Shown here piece by piece: positions 8,151-17,667 of a DNA stretch of 64,000 bases. The notes below the pieces were generated by a model. The model worked only from the letters and a program-made list of their open reading frames with translations. It made no database searches and was not told where the DNA came from. This DNA comes from a virus. The stretch's first letter is position 1. Every line of letters begins with the position of its first letter. The stretch lies in IMG/VR virus record IMGVR_UViG_3300020187_003193; one strand, 5' to 3'. Both the position numbers and the translations under genes were made by a program.

Positions 8151-8181
8151 TTGGCTTGTAGCCAATAGGTTATTATATTTA
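8151..8181 (+). promoter_or_regulatory. class I promoter with palindrome TTGGCT-TGT-AGCCAA
   Basis: TTGG-N19-TATATTTA upstream of queE. Confidence 0.75.
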
Positions 8182-8200
8182 CACAAATAAAAGTTATAAT

Positions 8201-8980
8201 ATGTCTTTAGGAAGAATTGAAGACTACAATAAGGTTTTACCTATTGTAGAAATTTACACGGCTGTCCAAAGTGAAGGTTCACGAGCAGGATACCCCACAG
8301 TAGTAATTAGAACAACAGGTTGCACCCACAGATGCTATTTCGGCGAAGGTGGTTGGTGCGATTCATGGTACACTAGTATCCATCCTGAAAAAGGTTCATT
8401 TACATTTAACGATATTATCGAAATGTATAAGGCAAACCCTCACATCAAAGAAATGATGTTAACAGGAGGTTCACCTACAATGCATGGTAAATTAGTAAAT
8501 GAATTAACACACTTCGCACATGAAAATAATATTTTTATCACTATCGAAACTGAAGGATCGCATTTTCTTGAAACTGACTATCCTATCAATTTGCTCTCGA
8601 TTTCTCCTAAGTTCAGCAATTCAGTCCCTGTTATTGGCGTTGAAACCCCTCAAGGTGGAATCACGGACGAAAGAATGGTAAAACAACACAACAAACTTAG
8701 AATGAACTTAGCAGCTATTAAGCTAAGTATCAACTACCACTCAGATTACCATATTAAACCAGTATGGGATGGTAAAGACCAAGGTTCATTAAACGAAATC
8801 TTAGATTTTATCAATGGTATGGAAATACCAAAAGATAAAGTATGGTTTATGCCTGCAGGAGATTCACGAGAAGCTTTATTTAAATCATACCCTTTAATGT
8901 TTGATTGGGTGAGAGATAATGGTTACAGATTAACTTGGAGACCTCACATTATAGCTTTTGAAGATCAAAGAGAGGTATAA
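8201..8980 (+). CDS. queE: 7-carboxy-7-deazaguanine synthase (radical SAM)
   Basis: IYTAVQSEG, GCTHRC...WCDSWYT, LTGGSP, IETEGS and SISPK motifs. Confidence 0.88.
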   Translation: MSLGRIEDYNKVLPIVEIYTAVQSEGSRAGYPTVVIRTTGCTHRCYFGEGGWCDSWYTSIHPEKGSFTFNDIIEMYKANPHIKEMMLTGGSPTMHGKLVNELTHFAHENNIFITIETEGSHFLETDYPINLLSISPKFSNSVPVIGVETPQGGITDERMVKQHNKLRMNLAAIKLSINYHSDYHIKPVWDGKDQGSLNEILDFINGMEIPKDKVWFMPAGDSREALFKSYPLMFDWVRDNGYRLTWRPHIIAFEDQREV

Positions 8981-9150
8981 TGAATAGTAAGTTAGAAGTA
9001 CTTCACGAGATGTGGGTTCAAAAAATAATTGAACCCCATCACATAATTTCTTATTTAGAAAACTTGGATTTCGAATTAATTTCACTTACATTAGAGGGAA
9101 TATCAATACAAAGTAAAGATCAAACAACAAAGTTTATATATGGCAAATAA
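8980..9150 (+). CDS. hypothetical protein, 56 aa (not in ORF track)
   Basis: MNSKLEVLHEMWVQKIIEPHH...; TAATG coupling to queE; overlaps the folE start. Confidence 0.5.
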   Translation: MNSKLEVLHEMWVQKIIEPHHIISYLENLDFELISLTLEGISIQSKDQTTKFIYGK

Positions 9151-9835
9151 CAGAAGAAAACAACACGTAAATTTAGAGGTTGTACAAACCGGTTTCGCAA
9201 ACGGGGTAGCAGAAGGCTTCCCATTCACAGACAATGAAAAATTAAAAATGATAGACGAAGCAGAAGTTGCCTACGGTCAGTTTTTAGATGCTCTTAAATG
9301 TGATTGGAGAAACGATCCAAACTCAATGGAAACACCAAGACGTGTAGCAAAAGCATACGTAAATGACCTGTGGGCAGGTAGATACACGGCGATGAGCGAA
9401 ATAACTTCATTTCCTAGTGATGGTTATGATGGTGTAATTATCGAGCGTAATATACCGTTAACTTCGATGTGTTCGCACCACCACCAAACAATTGGAGGCG
9501 TAGTTCATATTGGATATATCGCCGGAGCAGATGGTCAAGTAATTGGTTTATCTAAATTAAATCGTATTGTAGAATTATTTGGTAGAAGAGGAGCAATCCA
9601 AGAACAATTAACATCAGCCATTCATAATGCTGTAGAAAAAATTACAGAAGGTAACTTAGGTGTAATTGTAACAATCGTAGGAACACATAATTGTGTATCC
9701 TGTAGAGGTGTTAAACATCAAGGAGCAGCAATGGTAACAACTAAAGCATCAGGAGCCTTTAGAGACGATACTAATAATGCTCGTAAAGAGTTTTTTGATA
9801 GTTTAAAAATTAATAACGGAGGACATAATATATAA
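9140..9835 (+). CDS. folE: GTP cyclohydrolase I
   Basis: ETPRRVAK, SMCSHHHQ, GLSKLNR, IQEQLT and HNCVSCRG motifs. Confidence 0.95.
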   Translation: MANNRRKQHVNLEVVQTGFANGVAEGFPFTDNEKLKMIDEAEVAYGQFLDALKCDWRNDPNSMETPRRVAKAYVNDLWAGRYTAMSEITSFPSDGYDGVIIERNIPLTSMCSHHHQTIGGVVHIGYIAGADGQVIGLSKLNRIVELFGRRGAIQEQLTSAIHNAVEKITEGNLGVIVTIVGTHNCVSCRGVKHQGAAMVTTKASGAFRDDTNNARKEFFDSLKINNGGHNI

Positions 9836-9838
9836 GAT

Positions 9839-10504
9839 ATGTTTGATATAACTAAACTAGCTTTAACCATTCCCAATTTTCTTACACATGAAGAATGTGA
9901 TAGATTAATTAATGAATTCGAACAAAGAAAAGAAGAAGCTAACTTTGAAGGTAGCCTTAATTACAATACAAATAAACGTAGACAATCTACTTTTAAAGTT
10001 GTTCCCTTAAAACCACGTACTGATAGTTTTAATTTTATTAAAGAAAAAACAAAATTGGCTATAGATACTTGGATAAATTATTTAGAACAACCTAAATATT
10101 TTTTTACCCATTCATTAAAAAGTTACCTAAATTTTTCTCATAATTATAGGATAATGAAATATGAAACTGGTGCTGAAATACACCCTCATTCAGATCATGA
10201 TTCTGGAATTTACGGTAGTATAAGTTTTAATTTAAACGATGATTATGAAGGGGGAGAGTTTAAATTTTTTAATGGCAATCATACAATACCATTAAGTAAA
10301 GGAGATGCTTTAATATTCCCCGCTGATTTCTTTTGGGTACATGAAGTAACAAAAGTAACTAAAGGAGAAAGATATAGTATAAATAGTTTTATACGTAGCT
10401 ATCCCGAAGATGTAAAAGACAAAGTAGACTACCTTACCAGAGTAATAAATCAGGATTATTTACAAAATACCCCTACAGAGTATTTATTAGGACCCTACAA
10501 TTAA
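9839..10504 (+). CDS. 2OG-Fe(II) oxygenase (P4H-like)
   Basis: HSDHD...YEGGEF...FPA...HEVTKVTKGERYS. Confidence 0.85.
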   Translation: MFDITKLALTIPNFLTHEECDRLINEFEQRKEEANFEGSLNYNTNKRRQSTFKVVPLKPRTDSFNFIKEKTKLAIDTWINYLEQPKYFFTHSLKSYLNFSHNYRIMKYETGAEIHPHSDHDSGIYGSISFNLNDDYEGGEFKFFNGNHTIPLSKGDALIFPADFFWVHEVTKVTKGERYSINSFIRSYPEDVKDKVDYLTRVINQDYLQNTPTEYLLGPYN

Positions 10505-10508
10505 ACTT

Positions 10509-10964
10509 ATGGCATTAAAAGTAGAAAATAAATTATTTTTAAGCTGGGACGATATTGAAAGTATTACTGACGTCTTAGCTGAAAAAATATTAGCATTAGA
10601 TAAAAAACCATTTTACCTTTATGGTTGTCCTAGAGGTGGTCTAATTCCTGCCGTAATATTATCTCATAAAACAGGTATAGCTTACCAACATTTAAACCCT
10701 GCTCAACTATCAAAAACAGCAGATTTGTCCCATATAATGGTTATAGACGACATTTGTGATTCAGGAAAAACTGTAGCAGAGTTAAGAGAAAATTACAACA
10801 AAATACGTGTAGCTACATTACATACTAAAATAGAATCCCCAAACCAACCGGATATTTATGGAAAAGTAGTAGGAGACGAATGGATAACTTACCCTTGGGA
10901 AAAACAAAATTCAGAACCAATACAAGATTATAAAGCAGAAGGATATGGAAGAATTCAACCCTAA
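10509..10964 (+). CDS. type I phosphoribosyltransferase (purine PRT-like)
   Basis: PRGGLIPA, PRPP-binding loop VIDDICDSGKT, WITYPWE. Confidence 0.85.
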   Translation: MALKVENKLFLSWDDIESITDVLAEKILALDKKPFYLYGCPRGGLIPAVILSHKTGIAYQHLNPAQLSKTADLSHIMVIDDICDSGKTVAELRENYNKIRVATLHTKIESPNQPDIYGKVVGDEWITYPWEKQNSEPIQDYKAEGYGRIQP

Positions 10965-11334
10965 AGAAGAATCAAAAGGTATAGGAGATACAATAGCAAA
11001 ATTTACCCATGCTACCGGTTTAGATAAATTAGCAGACACTATTGCTAAAGCTGTAGGTGAAGAAGATTGTGGATGTAACGGAAGAAGAAAAACATTAAAT
11101 GAAATGTTTCCCTATACTAAACCTACTCCACCTGAAGAACCTCCCCATGTTAATACTGCTCCATTAGATGAAACTATTGGAAATTACGAGGTTCTTCAAG
11201 AAATTCATTGTACATTACCCGGAATTGGAAATACGGTTTTAAATAAAGGTACAGTTTTAATTATAACAAAAACCCACCCTCTATATAACGATATTCTCCA
11301 TTATTATAAAATAAACGCAATTAAAAAGTTATGA
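10945..11334 (+). CDS. hypothetical phage protein
   Basis: GIGDTIAK...CGCNGRR motif; coupled ORF. Confidence 0.6.
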   Translation: MEEFNPKEESKGIGDTIAKFTHATGLDKLADTIAKAVGEEDCGCNGRRKTLNEMFPYTKPTPPEEPPHVNTAPLDETIGNYEVLQEIHCTLPGIGNTVLNKGTVLIITKTHPLYNDILHYYKINAIKKL

Positions 11335-11873
11335 GCAAACAATTATCATTATTTAAAGAAGAAGAACTACCGGTATGGGTTAATCCTGTACCATTTGTAG
11401 ATGAAGTAGAAACATTTAATGCCGTAATGGGTAAACCAAACAATTATGTTCCAACAATTCCAAACAGAAAAGAATGGATGTTCGTATATGATTTTATCCT
11501 CGAAGAACTCGAAGAGTATAAAGAGGCATGTGAAAATGGAGATATTGTCGAAATTTTGGATGCTTTATGTGACATTACATATGTTTCTCTTGGAAATGGT
11601 GCAATGCTTCACGGACTTAAAGACAAGATTTTACCTGCTTATGCTGAAGTTCAAGCATCAAATATGTCTAAAGCTTGTAAAACCAAAGAAGAAGCAGAAG
11701 AAACAATGTACTACCGCGAACAAGAGCAAGATGAACCATGCTACTATGAGAAGGTAGGTGATATGTATATCGTGTATCGCACTAGGGATCGTAAGGTAAT
11801 GAAAAATATAAATTACTTTAGACCTGACCTATCTAAAATGTTTACAGATGAAGAACTTTCTACATTCCGTTAA
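11331..11873 (+). CDS. MazG-like/all-alpha NTP pyrophosphohydrolase
   Basis: LEELEEY...EILDALCDITYV acidic motif; SNMSK. Confidence 0.7.
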   Translation: MSKQLSLFKEEELPVWVNPVPFVDEVETFNAVMGKPNNYVPTIPNRKEWMFVYDFILEELEEYKEACENGDIVEILDALCDITYVSLGNGAMLHGLKDKILPAYAEVQASNMSKACKTKEEAEETMYYREQEQDEPCYYEKVGDMYIVYRTRDRKVMKNINYFRPDLSKMFTDEELSTFR

Positions 11874-13161
11874 AAAAGGTCTATTTCCATTTATAATTGC
11901 TTTCGCTGCCTTGTCAGTATCTGCATCAGCAGCATTCTATTCAGTTAGTGGTTTAAGTAAATTATTTGCGGGAGCATCTTTTGAAGTTATTATAATGGCT
12001 ACCTCTTTGGAGGTAGCTAAACTTGTGATTGCCTCACTATTATATCAGTATTGGGACACAATAAACAAGTGGCTTAAATTATATCTTTCTATTGCTGCGC
12101 TAGTATTGGTGTTCATTACTAGTATGGGTATATATGGCTTTTTATCCGCTGCTTACCAAGCAACAGCATCCGAAATGTCAGTTGTAGATAATAAAGTAAA
12201 ATTTTTAACTCAAAAGAAAGATTTCTATGAATCGGATTTGGCAAGGTATGACAAAGACCTTGAGATTATTGGAGCCAATATTAATAATTTATCAACTGCG
12301 AAATCTAGTCAAATACAAGTCCGAGATACCACCTCAACGACAGGTTTCCGTACTACTGTATCTACAACAGAGCTTAGAATGGCTCAAAAACGTATTGAGG
12401 TTGAGGAAGTAAATAGAAAAGCAGTACAAGCAAAACGAGAAGTAGCAGCTGATAGTTTACAAAAATATCAACTTGCTATTCTTGAATTAGAAAATACATC
12501 TGAAGTAGCAGGCGAATTAGGACCACTTAAATATCTATCAGGACTTACCGGGATTCCAATGGATAAAATTATTAACTATTTGTTGTTAGTTATTATATTC
12601 GTATTTGACCCATTAGCAATTTCACTTGTAATAGCTGCTAACTTTGCTTTTGATCAAATTAAACCAAAGAAGGAAGAAGATGATTTAAAAAATTGGTCAA
12701 TAGTAGAAAGCGATGTATGGGATGGTTTAGATGAAATAGAACTTGAAGCCGACCCAAATGACCTTCCAGACATCAACCCTGAAAATGATATTGAGGTAAT
12801 TGAACCTGAAGTAGTTAAACCAGAAACGAAAGAATTTCTAAAAGAGTTAGATGAACTCGAAGATAAAGTATCTCAAAAGGAAATTATAGAAGAACAAGAT
12901 AATAAAATTGAATTCTTATATGGTGAGCTAACTAAAGCAAACGAAGAAATTAATGAATTAGATCGTGCTGCTATTAAAATCGTAGATTCAATTAAACATA
13001 TAGACGATTACTTAAAAAACCACGCTCCATATTACTCCCCAGATATAGCAAATTGGGATGAAATAAAACTTGGATTCGCGGAAGAAAGTGATTATATTGA
13101 TAAACGCAAACCAAGGTCTAAGCCTAAAGGTAAAGACAATGACGACGTAATAATATACTAA
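11848..13161 (+). CDS. multi-pass membrane protein with coiled coil and acidic tail
   Basis: Three N-terminal hydrophobic helices, a coiled coil, one further TM helix (LLLVIIFVFDPLAISLVIAA). Confidence 0.7.
   Translation: MKNFLHSVKKGLFPFIIAFAALSVSASAAFYSVSGLSKLFAGASFEVIIMATSLEVAKLVIASLLYQYWDTINKWLKLYLSIAALVLVFITSMGIYGFLSAAYQATASEMSVVDNKVKFLTQKKDFYESDLARYDKDLEIIGANINNLSTAKSSQIQVRDTTSTTGFRTTVSTTELRMAQKRIEVEEVNRKAVQAKREVAADSLQKYQLAILELENTSEVAGELGPLKYLSGLTGIPMDKIINYLLLVIIFVFDPLAISLVIAANFAFDQIKPKKEEDDLKNWSIVESDVWDGLDEIELEADPNDLPDINPENDIEVIEPEVVKPETKEFLKELDELEDKVSQKEIIEEQDNKIEFLYGELTKANEEINELDRAAIKIVDSIKHIDDYLKNHAPYYSPDIANWDEIKLGFAEESDYIDKRKPRSKPKGKDNDDVIIY
13070..13100 (+). promoter_or_regulatory. 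class I promoter embedded in coding sequence upstream of polB-N
   Basis: TTGG-N19-TATATTGA. Confidence 0.5.
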
Positions 13162-13177
13162 AGAGTAAAATAAGGTT

Positions 13178-14941
13178 ATGTATAAAAAAATTCATGCTCA
13201 AGGTGCTGGTCAAAACAAACACCTCATTCATTTATGGGACGACGAAGGTTACCACCAAATCAAATGGAAGAACCACTCCTATAGAGAAGTAAATTCTGAT
13301 GATGCCCCTTATAGAGGTCTAAATGGTGAAAAACTAGTTAGAACCAACGATGCTAAAAAAGGAGACATGGGATTACATTTCCATGATATATCAGCCCACC
13401 AAAAGTTCCTTATTGAAACCTATGGTATAAACGATGAACCTTCTACTACCCACAGAGAAGTATTTTTCGATATCGAGATTGAAATGGGAGGAGCACTTAC
13501 AGAAGAATATATAGCATCTGCACCTAAACCTGTAACTTCAATTGCTTGGTATGATAAACAAGCAGACCATTGGTCTATTATTATCTTAGATAAAAAGGGA
13601 CAATTAAAACATACTAAAACAGGAGAAAATAAAAATAAGGAGATTATACCTGTTTCACATGAAGCAGATTTACTTGATATGTTTCTCAACAAAATGGAGG
13701 AAATCAACCCTGATATTTTAGTAGGATACAATAGTGATTACTTCGATATCCCTTACCTATATTACAGAATGTGTAATGTTTTAGGTGATTCTGAAGCAAA
13801 GCGTTTATCACCTATTGGGCTAGTAGACGATAAAGTATCTAAAGGCGAATACTGGTATAAAGCAGACCAATTTGTTGATATAATCGGCTTACAATCGCTG
13901 GATTACATGCGATTACATAAAAAATATGGGTGGGAAGACGAACCATCTTGGAAACTAGATGCCATTGGAGAAAAATATGTAGGTATCAATAAAATCGAAT
14001 ACGAGGGTTCACTTGATAGGTTATTTGAAGAAGACATTCACAAGTTTATTCAATATAACTTTGTCGATGTTGAAATCTTAGTTGAACTAGATAAAAAACT
14101 TCAATATCTAGCCTTAACAAAAAACTTAGCACATAAAGGTAAAGTAAATTATAGCGAAGTATATGCCTCCTCTAAAATACATGATGGTGCTATTTCAGCA
14201 TATCTACTTTCAAAAGGAATAATTCCACCAAATCGCCCTATGGGTGCTAAAAAACTTAACTATGCAGGTGGTTATTTATTTTGTCCTAAAGCAGGTTTGT
14301 ATAAATATATGTTTGATGAGGATTTAACTTCTTTATATCCTTCAATCATTATGTCCCTAAACATAGGACAAGAAACCTTTATGGGAAGGATTGTACCTGA
14401 AGATTTACCCGAAAACTTACAAGATTTTGGTCCATATAGTGGTAAACCAGACCGTAACAATTATTTCGGACTAAGTGATTTAAAAAATATGGACCCTGAA
14501 AGGGAACTTATTATTAAAAATCATAGAGAAAAAGCAGCTACAGTTACAGTAGAAAAACTTATAGCTTTAATAGAAAAGAATAAATGGACTGTATCCGCAA
14601 ATGGTTGCTTTTTTAGAACAGATAAAGAATCGGTATTATCAACTATCCTAAACAAATGGTTTGATGAACGTGTTTTGTATAAAAATAGAATGAAAAAAGC
14701 ATACAAAGCAGGCGATACAGAGGGTGGAGAAAAAAACCACTTACTACAGTACACAATGAAAATCCTACTTAACTCACTTTATGGAGCAACAGCATTACCT
14801 TCATTTAGATATGGAATGCCTATGTCAATACTATCAGAAGCAATTACATTGTCAGGATGGAGAATTATACAAGAATCAGCACTATGTGCTAACAGACATA
14901 TGAATAAAGTAATTAAAAACGAAATTAAAATAGAACTATAA
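13178..14941 (+). CDS. polB: family B DNA polymerase, N-terminal part (3'-5' exonuclease plus motifs A and B)
   Basis: FFDIEIE, GYNSDYFDIPY, YNFVD (Exo I-III); DLTSLYPS; KILLNSLYG; stops before motif C. Confidence 0.92.
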   Translation: MYKKIHAQGAGQNKHLIHLWDDEGYHQIKWKNHSYREVNSDDAPYRGLNGEKLVRTNDAKKGDMGLHFHDISAHQKFLIETYGINDEPSTTHREVFFDIEIEMGGALTEEYIASAPKPVTSIAWYDKQADHWSIIILDKKGQLKHTKTGENKNKEIIPVSHEADLLDMFLNKMEEINPDILVGYNSDYFDIPYLYYRMCNVLGDSEAKRLSPIGLVDDKVSKGEYWYKADQFVDIIGLQSLDYMRLHKKYGWEDEPSWKLDAIGEKYVGINKIEYEGSLDRLFEEDIHKFIQYNFVDVEILVELDKKLQYLALTKNLAHKGKVNYSEVYASSKIHDGAISAYLLSKGIIPPNRPMGAKKLNYAGGYLFCPKAGLYKYMFDEDLTSLYPSIIMSLNIGQETFMGRIVPEDLPENLQDFGPYSGKPDRNNYFGLSDLKNMDPERELIIKNHREKAATVTVEKLIALIEKNKWTVSANGCFFRTDKESVLSTILNKWFDERVLYKNRMKKAYKAGDTEGGEKNHLLQYTMKILLNSLYGATALPSFRYGMPMSILSEAITLSGWRIIQESALCANRHMNKVIKNEIKIEL

Positions 14942-15204
14942 TGGCATTAACAAAACAAGTATTAAGACAAGGAGTTCACGTAATGGTAAACGATCACCAC
15001 GCTACAAAAGAAGAACTCATAGAAATGAGCCAAGATTGGAGTGAAAAAAGAGAAGTATTTTTCCGTAAAATGCTCCAACAGGGAGGAAAATTTAAGTTTG
15101 ATGGAATAAACTTTGAAATTAAATTAAGAGAGCGTATACTAAACAGTGAAGGTGAAATTGATGCAGGTGTAGTTAAATTACCCGGAGACGGTACAAGATT
15201 TTAA
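14941..15204 (+). CDS. hypothetical protein
   Basis: 87-aa ORF, TAATG-coupled to polB-N. Confidence 0.65.
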   Translation: MALTKQVLRQGVHVMVNDHHATKEELIEMSQDWSEKREVFFRKMLQQGGKFKFDGINFEIKLRERILNSEGEIDAGVVKLPGDGTRF

Positions 15205-16646
15205 TGGAGAAATTTGTCTGGATTACAGGAGGTGATGAGGCTTACATGAAAATGGTTAAAGTTCTTGCCAAGAGTTTACTTAAATATTCTAGGCATAAAC
15301 TTATAGTATATGGATTTAATTGTGACCCTAATATTAATCTTCCAAATGTAATTCAAAGAAGAGTAAATTTTACTCCTAAAAACACCCATTACTTTAGCCA
15401 TGAACCTGATTTAATTAATAAAGATTATTCTTTATATTATGGTAAATATATAGCAAGTTTATATTCATTAGAAGAAAAGTTTGAAAAATTTGCTTGGATA
15501 GATGGTGATGCTTTTGTTACTAAAAATATAGACAAATCCTTAAAATACCTGCCCGAAATCCCAGAATATCCTCTTTTTATGAGATATTATCACCCAGATA
15601 TGGCCCAATGGAAATTACATGGTCAGATTAAATTGGATGGGAGATATGGAATGGAATTAGCCTATATTAAAAAAATTACCCGTAACCCAAACAATAGAAT
15701 TATTGCTACGGGATTCTATTTCTATGATAAACGTAGTAAATGGTTTTTTGATAGGTGTATGGAATGGTATTCTGAACTGAGTAACAGAAGTTTAAGGGTA
15801 TTTGTAGATAATAATGCCTTCTCAGAGGAAAGGGTAGCAAATTGTATCTTATGGCAAGAAAACTTAACTAAATATCTTCCAATTACATGGAACAATTACT
15901 ATAGTTCACCTGAAGAAACTAAAGTAAAAAGTATTTATTTAAAAAAAGGGTTTGATGTAATGTACGATGAAAGTACACTAGAACCATATTTTATACATGG
16001 GCCTGATCCATCAGTAATTAAAAAGGACCATGAAGTATTATCTAACACTTTTAATGATTACACTTGTACTAAATTAATGATAGTAGCTCACCCTGATGAC
16101 GAATTAATATTTGGGGGAGGGGAACTTATAAATAATGCCCAAGACTATAAAGTGATATGCTTAACTAATTCCTCAAATGAAATTCGTAGAAAAGAATTTT
16201 CAAAAGTAATGAAGGAATTACAAGTAAAGTCTTGGGAAATGTGGAATTTAAAAGATGATTTATATTCATTTAATGATTTAGATATTCTAAAATTAAAAAC
16301 AATAATCCTTAATAGAAAATGGGAGAAAATAGTCACCCACAACCCCATAGGAGAATATGGTCACCCTCAACATAGAGCTATATTTGAAGCTGTTAAAAGT
16401 ATAACTAAAAATTTCTACGTATTTGGCAAATCCCCTAAACGGTTAGATTTAGAAACTTTAACAACTAAAATAAATATCTTAAACCTATACTCCTCAGAAA
16501 GTGACATAATAGTCCAACTATTAAATAAATCCGGAGATTGGTTTAAAAGCAACGATGATAATACAAACTACATTGAACACGAATCTATAGAAAAATATGA
16601 TTCAGAAAAAGATACTACCCCCTATATAGCTTGTTATGAAAAATAA
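15204..16646 (+). CDS. fusion: GT-A-like glycosyltransferase plus PIG-L/LmbE-like de-N-acetylase
   Basis: N-terminal WIDGDAF (DxD); C-terminal VAHPDDE and THNPIGEYGHPQH. Confidence 0.7.
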   Translation: MEKFVWITGGDEAYMKMVKVLAKSLLKYSRHKLIVYGFNCDPNINLPNVIQRRVNFTPKNTHYFSHEPDLINKDYSLYYGKYIASLYSLEEKFEKFAWIDGDAFVTKNIDKSLKYLPEIPEYPLFMRYYHPDMAQWKLHGQIKLDGRYGMELAYIKKITRNPNNRIIATGFYFYDKRSKWFFDRCMEWYSELSNRSLRVFVDNNAFSEERVANCILWQENLTKYLPITWNNYYSSPEETKVKSIYLKKGFDVMYDESTLEPYFIHGPDPSVIKKDHEVLSNTFNDYTCTKLMIVAHPDDELIFGGGELINNAQDYKVICLTNSSNEIRRKEFSKVMKELQVKSWEMWNLKDDLYSFNDLDILKLKTIILNRKWEKIVTHNPIGEYGHPQHRAIFEAVKSITKNFYVFGKSPKRLDLETLTTKINILNLYSSESDIIVQLLNKSGDWFKSNDDNTNYIEHESIEKYDSEKDTTPYIACYEK

Positions 16647-17667
16647 AGAATGTTTTTTAGTTACCGCTTATTGTAATACAGAAGAGAAAAAACAAGTATT
16701 ATTAAATACTTTAAATTCTCTAAAAAGGTATAATAAAGAAATTATACTATTTTCTCATTTTCCAATTACAGAAGAAGAAAATCTTTTAACAAATTATTCT
16801 GTATACGATTATAGTAATCCTATGATTGACATAAATGAGGGTTCTATACTTCATTGGAAAATGGTTGAAAATTATAGACTATGTACCTTGTATGTAGACT
16901 ATGGTTACGCTGCAGTACAACAATGGAAAAGAGGGTTACTTTTTGCAAATATGTTAGAATTTGAAAAGGTATATGTTTTAAATTATGATTTAAATGTAAC
17001 GGATGATTTAGTTTATCTTTCTGAAAAGGGTTTAATGAATCACAAAAGTGTATTATTAGACTATGATTTACCTCAAAGTGAAAGGTCGGCTCATATGTCA
17101 TGGGCAGCCATTAAACCTCTTCATTTTGCTAATAATATATTAGAAATAAATTATCAAGATTACTTAAAAACAGCTCACGGCAGAATCCCAGAGGGATATA
17201 TATTTAATAAATTTAATTCAGATGAAACCCAATTAATCTTACCTGACCAATGGCAACCCATAGCCACAACTTTAATTAGTATGGGGGATAAAGGTTTTGT
17301 AGAAGAATATTATACTGGAGATGGGTTTAAATGGATTTTAGGCCAAGAAAAAATATATAACCAAGGCGAAGAAACATTAACAAATAAAACGGTATTATTC
17401 TTTTGGGACATAGAAAAAGAATTAGATGTTGAAGTTTTTATTGATGGTAAAGCAATACCTTTAAGAGATATAAAAACTACTGACAGAACCCTTCAAATAT
17501 ATGTTCCAATACCTAGTAACGAAATGGAAAATTATGTTGGTAAGTTTATAAATAATACATTTGAATATGTAGAAGACAGATTAAGAATTACCATAAATGG
17601 TTTGGAGATCGATAAAGAATTACTTAGATTAAGCACTATATCAGCAATCGAAACTATAAATGACTAA
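16636..17667 (+). CDS. hypothetical protein (possibly GT-like)
   Basis: 343-aa coupled ORF; NYD motif only weakly suggestive. Confidence 0.55.
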   Translation: MKNKECFLVTAYCNTEEKKQVLLNTLNSLKRYNKEIILFSHFPITEEENLLTNYSVYDYSNPMIDINEGSILHWKMVENYRLCTLYVDYGYAAVQQWKRGLLFANMLEFEKVYVLNYDLNVTDDLVYLSEKGLMNHKSVLLDYDLPQSERSAHMSWAAIKPLHFANNILEINYQDYLKTAHGRIPEGYIFNKFNSDETQLILPDQWQPIATTLISMGDKGFVEEYYTGDGFKWILGQEKIYNQGEETLTNKTVLFFWDIEKELDVEVFIDGKAIPLRDIKTTDRTLQIYVPIPSNEMENYVGKFINNTFEYVEDRLRITINGLEIDKELLRLSTISAIETIND

